Shown here: positions 38,613-50,013 of the stretch, in pieces
Numbering within the stretch: position 1 is the first letter of the stretch
Layout: each line of letters begins with the position of its first letter
NCBI RefSeq assembly: GCF_000143415.4
Contig: NW_003314320.1
Coordinates: 734,819 to 798,818, forward strand
DNA length: 64,000 bases
Reading direction: 5' to 3'
Source: Selaginella moellendorffii
Taxonomy: Eukaryota > Plantae > Lycopodiophyta
The notes under the pieces: model-generated
The model's input: only the letters and a program-made list of their open reading frames with translations
The model's database searches: none
What the model was told of the DNA's origin: nothing
Translations under genes and position numbers: made by a program

Positions 38613-39216
38613 ATGGCAGTGTTCTTGTCAGCTGTGGTTCTCTCCTTGTGCTTGTTGTCATCTCATGCTAGTCTTCTCATAAAGTACGGTTCCACCACAG
38701 TCAAGGAGAACAGCTTCCTCCCATTGCACATGACTGACAGGGCTCCCACTATTGACATCCAAGGATATGACGACCTTCGCGGTTTACACCCTTCTTACTT
38801 CTCAGTGGTGATGTTCACCTGGTTGGACATGATTGGATTCCAATTCTATGAGTCCTACATTACCTACTGGGTAGCAAACATTCCAGCAGGCAGCTTTGGT
38901 AAGAAACCGAGTTCCATTTGAGTTTGCAAGACTTTTTGGTTGGAATTTTGAGGTTGATTGATTTGGCTTTGCAGGACCCGGGAAGGGCAAAGTTGTCTTG
39001 CCTTACATGTCTCCTTTAGCCACCAACAAGTTTTTGCAATTCAGTGCACAGAACAACTCGTACTCTTTTGCGCTTGTTCCACAGGGAAGTAACTTGGTGG
39101 GGCCAATCTTGGACAACCGTAGAAGCCCTGCGCTGGCAAAGACCCTCCAGCATTACAACTGCACTGGAGACTTTATCGAGATCATCGACTTCACCACCTC
39201 GACCTCTCAAAGCTAA
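38613..39216 (+). CDS. Secreted, divergent PEBP-like protein, 175 aa, intron 38899-38974
   Basis: Signal peptide, PEBP-like motif order (LLIKYG..TV, P.I.I, YFSVVM, YWVANIP, GKVVLPYMSP, YSFALVPQ), frame-preserving GT-AG intron, TATAAAA at ~38554. Confidence 0.7.
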
Positions 39217-40433
39217 ATAGTTGATTTTTAATAATATAAGAAATCTGTTTTTCCGAAGACCAGAACTTCATGATACATCCAAGAGTTTGAGGGCGTGCTC
39301 GACATACCCAGAGCTGGCACAGCATGAGTTCCAGGTAATGACAAACACACTAGCAGAGTCTTAATGAGTTCCAGGACACCAACGTGTTAATAACTCTTGA
39401 GCATGAGATCCACCATTCCATATGGACCGAGTTTTTTGAGCATGAGACCCGTCCAGCGATTCCATTTCACCATTTGATCTAAGTGTTTCCTCGTCTTGAT
39501 GATATGAAGAAGGGCTGGGTCGCCACTGATGACAATGGTGAATAACAAAAATAAAAACGGGTTCCATCTCAACCACTTTGCGTACTCCCACCAAAGTCTT
39601 TGGAATCTTTGGTGTTGTAAGCTTGTCTGAGGACAAAGCTGATAGGAAAAAACCATGAAAAGGGATATGAGGCGGGATCAACCTGTTCTTAACATAGATA
39701 AAGTTTTTAAAAAAATAGACAGAAATAACAACAATGATTAAAATTTGTTATGTGTTGCATATTGTTATTTCTATTTATTAATCCAATTGATCAAATGAAA
39801 ATTTATATTATAAACATGTTTATAATTTATAAACACAAGAATATTAACAAACTTATTAAATATCAGTAAACTAGAACATACTAGGAAGTGTTTATAGATT
39901 ATAAATATTTTTAAAAATTATAAATAAAAAATTAATCTAAATGAATAACAACCATTAGATGGTAGAATATCCTAGAATATCCAAGCATATTTTAAATATA
40001 TCCACTACCATACAGTTTGGCTTAAGTAAACCAATAAAATCAAACACTGTGAGGGCCAAGTGTATGGCTACGATGCCGTATACTAATATTAGCGTAGTGG
40101 ATTTTGGTAGCCATCGGATTGATTTCAATCCGGACCACTCGCTCCTGTATATAAGCTAGGGTTTTTGGGCTAATTGATATGCACATTTCTGTATTCCCTT
40201 TCCGTATTCCATGCACTCACATTGGTGGAGGTGAGGGGCACTTTTGATTGTCCCTGGGGAGTGCTTGGATTTGGGATTTTAGTTTAGATCTAGCTTTTTC
40301 CATTTCCTTTCTTTTGTTCTTTCTTTTCAGGATTTTGGTTTCGATCTAGCTTTTTGCATTGTCTAGATCTACCATTTCTTTCCAGCTTTTTTGTCATTTC
40401 TCTTCTTTTACTCTTTTTTTTTCGTTCATCTTC

Positions 40434-41366
40434 ATGGCCGATCCGCAATCTCCTCCTTTGACTTTAGAGCAGCAGTTGGTTCAATTGCTTGATGCTATGC
40501 GCTTGCAATTGAACAATCAAACTCAGTTGATGGCGGCGTTCACGGCACGTGGTACAACTCCTCCTGCTCTTGGTGCCAATCCTCGCGTTCGGCCGGAGTT
40601 CTTTCGCGGGAACCCTGGGGATGATGTGTACCATTGGTTTGATCACTTTACGGTGATTGCCACATATCATTCTTGGGATGATGTTCGACGGTTGCGTGAG
40701 TTTCCCATGTGTCTCCAAGGGACGGCGTTGCAGTGGTACAATGGTTTGAGCGTAGCTACTCGTGGGGATTGGAGTGTTCTCCCGGACGTCTTCAAACGCG
40801 CCTTCGGACATGCCGATGATTGTGATGATGCTTTCCAACAATTGCATCGTCTTCGCCAAGGGCCATCGGAGTCGGTGATGCAATTTAGCGTTCGTTTCCG
40901 AAGTCTTTTGCTTCGTGCGGAGCCAAATATGTCGGAGCGGATCAAGCTAGGAATGTTGTGGCCAGCACTTCATCAAGATCTTGTCGGACTTGTGCATGCA
41001 CTTGCTCCTGCCACCCTTGACGATGCTCTTCGCTTGGCACAACGTTATGAGACGTCGCCTCTTCCACTTCTCGCTACACGTCCTTCCGCTCCACTTCCTA
41101 TGGGTGATGGTCCTGTTCCAATGGAGGTTGATGCTGCTGCTGCTCGAGTCCAAGGACAAGCGCGAGGACGTGGTCGTGGCCGTGATGTTCGCTGCTGGGC
41201 GTGTGATGAAGTTGGTCATACTTATCGGCGTTGCCATCGTTTTCCGGATTGGCGACCTCCATTTCCTGGGTGGAGACCTTGGCGTCAGCAACGTCCCCTG
41301 GGTGCTGCTGCAGTGGAAGGTCTGGACACCGAGATCCATCCGGGAAACGAGGAGTCGCGCGAGTAA
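40434..41366 (+). CDS. gag: Gag of element A
   Basis: PEFFRG...W, LQGTALQWY, LRQGPSESV, PVPMEVD, zinc knuckle CWACDEVGHTYRRC. Confidence 0.88.
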   Translation: MADPQSPPLTLEQQLVQLLDAMRLQLNNQTQLMAAFTARGTTPPALGANPRVRPEFFRGNPGDDVYHWFDHFTVIATYHSWDDVRRLREFPMCLQGTALQWYNGLSVATRGDWSVLPDVFKRAFGHADDCDDAFQQLHRLRQGPSESVMQFSVRFRSLLLRAEPNMSERIKLGMLWPALHQDLVGLVHALAPATLDDALRLAQRYETSPLPLLATRPSAPLPMGDGPVPMEVDAAAARVQGQARGRGRGRDVRCWACDEVGHTYRRCHRFPDWRPPFPGWRPWRQQRPLGAAAVEGLDTEIHPGNEESRE

Positions 41367-44300
41367 CGGAGGGACCTTGCGTAAATAAATCAGTGACCCC
41401 TCAATCTTTCTTTCGGGAGTATTATTAAGGGGTTCACTCGGCACCAGTTCATCCAGTGTTTACTTTCCAAGCTCGTTTTTATAACAAGAAGTCTCCTATT
41501 ATTCTCTCCGTGTTGGTTGATACAGGTTCGAGTTTATCTTCTATTGCTCGACCTGTTGCCACACGTTGTCGTCTACACTTGCGTCGTGCGGTAGAACCAG
41601 TTTTCATTCTTTATGGCAACGACCGTACACATGCATGTACACGGGATGAGGTGGACCTGGTTGTGCGTGTGGGCGATCTCGAGCTTGAGTTGCAGTCGTT
41701 GCGGGTGGTGCCGAGTCAAGCTTTTGACCTCATTCTTGGTATGGATTGGTTGCAACGCAATCACGCCAAGTGTGACTTTGAGGCTTCTCCCCCTTGTCTC
41801 ATACTTCCTTATGTTTCATCCATTCCTCTCACTTCCATACCTCTTTGTCCCTCTACTTCTACCTCTGCTTCCATTATTTTTGTTTCCCCACTCTTTCCTT
41901 CTGTGTTTCCATCTTGTTCTGCTTTTCCCTTTTCCGATCCCTCCGACGATTTTTGTGTTGTAGCAGTTGACCGGCTCATGAAGGAGTATTCTGATCTCTT
42001 TGAATTTGACCTATCGTCTGGGGCCAAGATTGCCACACGTCATCCAATTCCAACTGGGGATGCTCGTCCAATCAAAGTTCCTGTTCGTTGTCGGTCACCT
42101 AAGGAGATCAAAATTTTACGAGCAAACATCAAGGAAATGTTGAAAAAGGGTGTTATTCGGAAGTCGCGGAGTCCTTGGGCATGTGAACCTCATCTTGTGA
42201 CGAAACCTGATGGGAGTATTCGTTTCTGCATCGACTATCGTCTGTTAAACGAAGTGACGATCCCAGATGTGTATCCTCTTCCTCACACTACTGATCTCTT
42301 GGATCATCTGGGGCGAAGTCGTTGGTTCACCAAGCTAGATCTTGCTTCTAGGTATTGGCAAGTACCGATGGCCGAAGAAGATATTCCTAAGACTGCTTTT
42401 CGTACACCATTTGGTTTGTACGAGTTCTTGGTGATGCCGTTTGGTTTGAACAATGCTCCAGCAACTTTCCAGCGGATGATGGATGAGGTTCTTTGCGATA
42501 TGCCGGAGGTGACTGTTGACTTCATTGATGATGTCTTGATCCACTCGGAGGGGACGTGGGAGGAGCACGTTCGTGATGTTTGTAAAGTGTTGGATCGGCT
42601 ACGCGACGTTGGTTTAAAGCTGAAGCGGTCGAAGTGCGTGTTTGGGTCCAAGGACACAACTTATCTTGGGTACCGTATTTCTCGTGAGGGTTTGCAAGTT
42701 GATCCTGACAAACTTGTGGCTGTTCTAAAGTTCCCTACTCCGAAGTGTGTGAATGATGTGCAGCGCTTTTTGGGTAAGGTGCAGTATCTTGGTCTTTTTG
42801 TGGATCATCTTTCCAATCGCACTACACCATTGCGAGCGTTGTTGAAGTCATCAACGTCATCTTTCATCTGGTCTCCGGATTGTGAGCGGGCGTTCGTGGA
42901 TCTCAAGGAGCTATTGACAACTCCTCCGGTTTTGGCATATCCTGACTACACTCGACCTTTTATTTTGCGCGTGGATGCTTCTGACATTGGTCTTGGAGGT
43001 GTGTTGATGCAAGAGAGCTTGAGTGTGCCTGGTCAGTGCCATCCCATTGCATATATAAGCCGTACATTACAACCAGCGGAGATGAACTACTCCACAACGG
43101 AGAAGGAGTGTTTAGCAGCAGTCTGGGGTTTCGAGAAACTTCATGCATATCTACATGGTTCTCGGACGTTACTTGAAGGTGACCATGCTGCTGTTACTTC
43201 ATTATTGAAGCGGAAGAACCTGGTTGGTCGTACAGCTCGATAGTCTTTGAAGCTTCAGATATATGATTTCGATGTTGTTCATCGCCCAGGGAGTTCTATG
43301 GCTGAGGCTGATACTGATGCCCTTTCTCGAGCTCCTCTTCCTTCTCCACTCACTTCTCATTATTTTGACGAACCTGTTGTTCCAGCATCTGTGGATTTTC
43401 TAGATGAGGATTCTGTGCCGTTGGTGGTTGCTGTCCTTGACATTCAGTGTCCACAGGGTGCAGAGCAAGATTTGCCTTCTCTTGAGGAGGTTCGCGAGGC
43501 TTAAAAAGTTGAGCCGTGGATTCGAAGGCTTCGAGATGGGTTTGAGAATCTTGCATCACTTGCTGATGACTTGCCTTTCCGGCATTTACATTCTCAATAT
43601 CGCCTTGAAGATGGCCTTCTTTATTTTGTGGGGACGGATCCTGATGGTCATTTACGACTGGTGGTACCTTCGGTGTTTATTCCGCGGTTTCTCCATGCCT
43701 ACCATGATTCTCCTGTTCTAGGTGGGCATATGGGACACCGTCGTGTCACCGAGAAGCTGCACAGGTCTTTCTATTGGCCGGAGATGTGACGTGATATTAT
43801 CCGGTATGTGCGTAACTGCGTTTGGTGCCAAGCTCGTAATACTCCCCCTTGTGCTGCGGAAGGACGGTTGGAGTCAATTGCAGTTTCCCGTCCGTTTGAG
43901 TTGGTGGCGTTTGATCTTATGGGACCTTTTCCACGATCGACTGCTGGCAATGAGTATGTTATTATTGCTTCTGACTACTTGACTCGTTGGGTAGAAGTTG
44001 GTGCTCTTGCTAGCACCTCTGCAACTGCTGTTGGATACTTCCTCCTCAATCGAGTGGTGTTCCAGCATTCTTGTCCAGAGCGGATTCTTTCGGATAATGG
44101 TCCTGCATTTATGGCTGAGGTATTTCATGTTTTGACATCTCGGTTGGGGATACGCCACACTTTTACGAGTGCTTATCATCCACAATCAGACGGTCTGGTG
44201 GAACAGCTCGTTCGGACATTCAAAGGGATGATTTCGAAGTATGTGAACTTTCAGCATTCAGATTGGGATGGTTATTTGCCGTCTCTTCGGTATGCCTATG

Positions 44301-44836
44301 TCACAGGGGTGCAGAGTTTTGTTGGTGCTTCACCATATAAACTTCTATATGGTCATGATCCAATATTACCAACAGAGTTGGGTTTACCTTCGCGATTGCC
44401 ACGAGCTCCTAATGCTAGGTCATGGGATCAGTATTTGACAAGTATTCTTCCACTTGTCTGAGCAGAGTCTGCCGAACACTTAGGCCGTGTACAAGTGGGA
44501 CAACAACGGCGCTACAACTCCCATCATCGTCCACCTGTGGAGTACAAAGTGAATGATTTGGTGTTAGTTCGTTTTCCCCATCTTACGGTACGTGGTTTAT
44601 CTAAGGGGCTCCTTGCGCAGTGGAAAGGACCGTATCGGGTGTTGCGGCAAGTTGGACCGCAAGTTTATGAGGTTTGGCATGACGTTCAGCAAGCCGATCC
44701 TCCAGAGATTGTGCATGTGCAACGGTTAAAACGCTTCATACAAAGGGATCAGGAGCAGTTAATACCGTCTACAGATCCGCCGATGCCTCCTCTTGACGTT
44801 CCTCCAGATCCCGGCCCATCTACAAGAGAACCCTGA
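41342..44836 (+). pseudogene. pol: Pol of element A (PR-RT-RH-IN), -1 frame relative to gag, with several stops/frameshifts
   Basis: VDTGSS, YEFLVMPFGL, FIDD, VDASDIGLGG, GHMG..C..C, ILSDNG, YHPQSDG. No chromodomain. Confidence 0.9.
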
Positions 44837-44916
44837 CGGCTTTCCATTATTCCGAGAGGAGGGGATGATGTGAGGGCCAAGTGTATGGCTACGATGCCGT
44901 ATACTAATATTAGCGT

Positions 44917-45064
44917 GAGCATGGTAAGATCGTTGACATTCAGGACATCACAAACCCGTTGCTATATGTGATTGGTATGTGGTGTTTACTCTCAATGAAG
45001 GTGACCTCGTGCTCGAAAAATTTGTGGCTTACAATTGCAATACTAAAATCTTGCAAACTTTCCT
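44917..45064. other. 148-bp foreign insert in the 3' LTR of element A
   Basis: Absent from the 5' LTR; flanked by GCGT on both sides (44913-44916 / 45065-45068). Confidence 0.8.
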
Positions 45065-45071
45065 GCGTAGT

Positions 45072-48000
45072 TGTCAGGAATCCCCCAATTCTTGCCACAT
45101 TCCTAACTCTCACCAGATTCCTGACCTGCAGACCACATTCCTGACTCTCGAGACACTTCCCTATTCCTGACTCTCGAGACACTTCTCGATTCCTGAGTCT
45201 CGAGCCACATTCCTGATGATGATGTGGCGCCTCCTCGACCTTAGCTATATTTAGGCCGTCCTCTATCCAAGAGTGGTGGAGCTTCATCAACCTATAGTAT
45301 ATATAGGTTAGCCTTGTTCCATTTCTCCACAATCTGAATCAACGCCAGTCTAAGGCCTTTTCTTTGTTTTCACTAGTTTTTCTCTTTGTCTTTTTGCATT
45401 TTCCAGTCTTGATCTTGTTAGGGGTCTTGACAGTGGTCTTGACAGTTTGATTCAGATTTGTGTTTTTTCGTTTTTTGATTTTTGTTTTGATTGTTTGATT
45501 ACCTTTGCCTTTTTTTCCCCCTTTTTTTCTTTCTTCTTGCCAATGGAGTCTCCAAGCCATCCTGATTTCTTTGCTGAAGTCCTTGCAAAAATCCAGTATG
45601 AGAATACCGAGCTGAAGGCGACCCTTCTTCACATGCAGCAGGAGCTTGCTTCACTTTCGGCTCAAGGATCCAGCAAAGTTCCTGAACCGAAGGTGAGCTT
45701 CCCAGCGAAATTTTCAGGCAAGCGTTTGGAGCTTCGTGGATTCCTGAACCAGATGGAGTTGATCTTCGCACTTCAACATCGGCGGTACCCTACTCCCGAG
45801 TCTCAAATCGGCGCGATTGGGACGTTGCTCAAAGGTGCAGTTTTGTCATGGTTTTCTCCTCTTCTGGAGAAGAGCATGAAAGGGGTTGTGGTTCCAGAGT
45901 TGATGGATCTTCAATTGTTCAAAGAGAAGCTCGAAGCATGTTTTGGCGAGACGGATCGGGTTCGGGCTGCTACCACAAAGATGAGACGTCTCTCTCAGGG
46001 GTCTCGTCCTGCCTCGATCTACGCTGCAGAGTTCCAACTCCTTGCTTTGGACACTCAGTGGGATGAGCGGGCCCTGATTGACCAATTTCGTTTCGGCCTC
46101 AATAACGGTGTCAAGGATTTGTTGCTCACCATGGAGGATCCCAAGGACCTGTCGGATGCCATCAACAAAGCTGTTCGATGTGACAATCGTCTCTTTGAAC
46201 GTCGTCAGGAAAGTCGCCGCGCCGCTGTTTTTCCGTCCCAGACTCAGGAATCCCAGCTTGAGTCTTCGGGGCATACTCCTGAACCTACTGCTCCGGTTCC
46301 GATGGATACTTTTGGTACTCCCCGACTCATTAGAGGGAAGTTGAGTCCTGCAAACAGAGTAGGAGCTGTCTGTTTGGACTCCCCGAATAAAAATCACTTT
46401 TCTTCTTTATCAAGCTCCTCACCACCTTTCATCAAAGCCACCACCAATTCCCGCAACTTCCGCGTCCCATGTCTCCTTTCTTTCACTGGACAATCAGGAC
46501 TCAAGGCTCTGGCGTTACTAGACTCGGGTGCAACTTCCTGCTTCATGGACACGGACTTTGCTGCCCGACATCACGTTCCTCTTTCTCCTACCATACGGGA
46601 TTTGAGGGTTGAAGGCATTGGCGGGCATTTTGTGTCTCCATCTTCTGGACTTAGGGAAACGTTGCCCGTTCGAGTACACATCGGGTCCACCGTCACTGAT
46701 ATCGCCTTCAACATCATCAACAGCAAGTCCTCCTCTGTGGTGCTCGGTCTTCCTTGGTTCCAACTACATCAGCCTCAGATCTGTTGGAAGGAATTACAGC
46801 TCATCTCTCCCACGGCTTCCCCTGCTGTTTATCGAGTCCGAATCAGGAAAAGTTCCCTAAACTCAAATCGGGGTTCTGTTCCTGACTCTATAAAGTTTTC
46901 ACCCTCTTCTTTTTCCTCTCTTCCATCTTACACTGGACCGTATCCTCGTCTCATCATTCCATTTAGTCGTACGCCTCCTCCTATCTCCACAATCACTATG
47001 AAAGAACTCCTTCATGAAGAACCTCTTTTTCTTTTTGCTTTGCATGTTTCTCCTGTCAGTCTTCCTGAGAAGTATCATGATTTTGGGGATGTGTTTGACA
47101 AGAAAAAAGCTAGTGTACTGCCTGTTCATCGGCCTTATGATTGTCCCATTGATTTACAGGAGGGAGCGTCACCTCCATGGGGGCCTATCTACAGGTTATC
47201 CCCGTCCGAGCTTAAGGCCCTCAAAGAGTACGTGGATGAGAACCTTGCCTCGGGCTACATTCAGCATTCGCAGTCCCCGACTGGAGCACCTGTCTTCTTT
47301 GTCAAGAAGAAGGATGGGAGCTGCCAAAGTCAAGACTATTCTCAAATGGGAGCCTCCACAATCAATGTCGGATGTTCAGGTTTTCCTTGGCTTCGCCAAC
47401 TTCTACCGCAAATTCATTGATCACTACTCTGACATTGTCCTTCCTCTCACACATCTCACTCGCAAGGATGTTCCCTTCTCTTGGTCTGCTGCTGCCCAGC
47501 AGGCTTTCGACACACTCAAGGCGGCTTTCAGTTCTGCTCCTGTCTTGATCCATGCTGATTCCTCACAACCTTTCTTCATCGAGGTTGACGCCTCCGACTT
47601 TGCCATTGGTGCTGTGTTGTCTCAACTCGGAGCGGATCATGAACTTCATCCGGTCGCTTTCCATTCTTGGAAATTCCAGCCTGCGGAGATCAATTACGAA
47701 ATCCATGACAAGGAGCTCCTTGCCATCGTGGATTCCTTTGGAGAGTGGTGCCGTTTCTTGGAGGGGGCGAGCCTCAAACAACAGTCTGGACGGATCACAA
47801 AAATCTCGAGTACTTTGCCACTTCCCGAGTTTTAAGCCGTCGTCAAGCAAGGTGGGCACAATTCCTGAGTCGGTTTGACTTTGTTATCAAGTACAGACTT
47901 GGAAAGTTTCAAGGCCTTCCTGATGCTCTTTCAAGGCGCTCCTATCTCAGTCTCAGGCCTGGTAATCCTGCCTTCGATCAACAGGATCAAGTTATCCTCA

Positions 48001-50013
48001 GTCCTGATCAGCTTCAAGTTATGGCAATTTCCCTGGCCCCTCAGGACTCCTCCTTGATGGATGCAATCAGAAACGATCTTCAATCTGATGATCTCGCTAG
48101 CGACATCTTCCCCCATCTTCAGGCTGGACACCCAGTGACTCCCGACTGCTGGCGATTTATGAGTTCGAGTTCTTAGATGGCTTATTGTACCGTGGGGAGC
48201 AACTTTACGTTCCTGAAGGTGATGCTCGAAGGTTGGTCCTGATGGCGTGCCACGATAGCCCGACTGCTGGTCACTTCGGCATTGCGAAAACCTATGAGCT
48301 AGTTGCACGGGACTTTTGGTGGCCTCACATGGACGACTACATCAAAGCTTTTGTTACCTCCTGTGACACTTGTGCCCGGAATAAGGTACCTCGCCACCTT
48401 CCTTCAGGTTTGCTTCGTTCCCTTCCGGTCCCTTCAGGTCCTTGGGAATCCATCTCCATGGATTTCTTGAGTGATCTTCCGAGTTCTGGAGGCTTCAACA
48501 GCATTTTAGTCGTGGTGGATTGCTTCACAAAGATGGCGCACTTCTTGCCATGTACCAAGGAGTTTTCGGGCGAGGACATGGCAAAACTGGTATTCAGGGA
48601 AATTTTCCGACTTCATGGGATTCCTACAGATGTGGTTTCGGATCGGGGGCCTCAGTTCATCTCTCATTTCTGGCAACGGTTTTTGCAGCTGCTTGGAGTG
48701 AAGGCCAACCTCTCTTCGGCATATCATCCTCAAATTGATGGGCAGTCCGAGCGAACGATTCAGACGTTGGAACAATTCTTGAGGTGCTTCATCAACTATC
48801 ATTAGGATAACTGGTTCGATATCCTTCCCCTTGCTGAGTTCTCCTATAACAACTCTGTTCACTCCTCTCTTCGAGTTTCCCCCTTCTTTGCGAACTCTGG
48901 CCGAAATCCCCGATTCAATCTCTCACTTCCTTCTCCATCTGAATCCTCTCGTTCAAATCCCCGCTCTGAGGCATTTATCTCCAACCTCCAGGAAATCCAC
49001 AACTCCATCTCCTTCCACCTCCATCGTGCTCAGGAATCTCATAAAACATTTGCCAATGTCCATCGTCAGGATTGTCCCCTTTACAATATCGGGGATAAAG
49101 TCTGGCTCCTCGGGCGAAATATCTCCACCACCAGGCCCTGTCCAAAACTCGATTTCAAACGCCTTGGTCCTTTCCCTATCACTGCCATCATTAATCCTGT
49201 GACTTATCGCTTTGCACTTCCCTCCTCATATCAAATTCACCTTGTTTTTCACTCCTCTCTCCTTGAGCCTTATATTCCCAGTCCTATTCCAAATCGGGTC
49301 ATTCCTCCGCCTCCACCAGTGCAGCTCGAGGATGGGTCTGAGTACGAGGTTCAGGACATCCTTGATTCCAAGATTTCACGGTCTAAACTCTACTATCTGG
49401 TGGACTGGAAGGGTTACGGACCTGAGGAACGCACTTGGGAACCTGCGGACAACCTGATTCATTCCCCTGACCTTGTTTAGGACTTCCACCGCTGCTATCC
49501 TTCTCGTCCCAGTCCTCATTCTTTTTCTCCATCTCCCATCCCTCGCCGCTCATCTCATCCTCCTCTTCGTTCTCGTTCACATCCTCGTTCCACTCGTTCT
49601 TGAGGAGGGGGTGCTGTCAGGAATCCCCCAATTCTTGCCACATTCCTAACTCTCGCCAGATTCCTGACCTGCAGACCACATTCCTGACTCTCGAGACACT
49701 TCCCTATTCCTGACTCTCGAGACACTTCCCTATTTCTGACTCTTGAGACACTTCTCGATTCCTGAGTCTCGAGCCACATTCCTGATGATGATGTGGCGCC
49801 TCCTCGACCTCAGCTATATTTAGGCCGTCTTCGATCCAAGAGTGGTGGAGCTTCATCAACCTATAGTATATATAGGTTAGCCTTGTTCCATTTCTCCACA
49901 ATCTGAATCAATGCCAGTCTAAGGCCTCTTCTTTGTTTTCACTAGCTTTTCTCTTTGTCTTTTTGCATTTTCCAGTCTTGATCTTATTAGGGGTCTTGAC
50001 AGTGGTCTTGACA
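45072..50013 (+). mobile_element. Tcn1/Tf1/sushi-like chromovirus B nested in the 3' LTR of A, RT core deleted
   Basis: LTRs 45072-45444 and 49615-50013, TSD GTAGT, PPT TGAGGAGGGGG. Gag-PR from 45543 (FPAKFSG, LLDSGAT), then RNase H, integrase and chromodomain EYEVQDILDS...YLVDWKGYGPEERTWEP. Confidence 0.95.
45447..45458 (+). promoter_or_regulatory. Self-priming PBS of element B
   Basis: TTGATTCAGATT is the exact reverse complement of AATCTGAATCAA (45331-45342) in the LTR, ~30 nt after TATATATA. No TGG-type tRNA PBS is present. Confidence 0.85.

Noticed and set aside
39493-39533. C/D-box-like TGATGA...CTGA with a short terminal stem
   Set aside because: It is only ~40 nt, too short for a snoRNA, and no rRNA guide was recognised.
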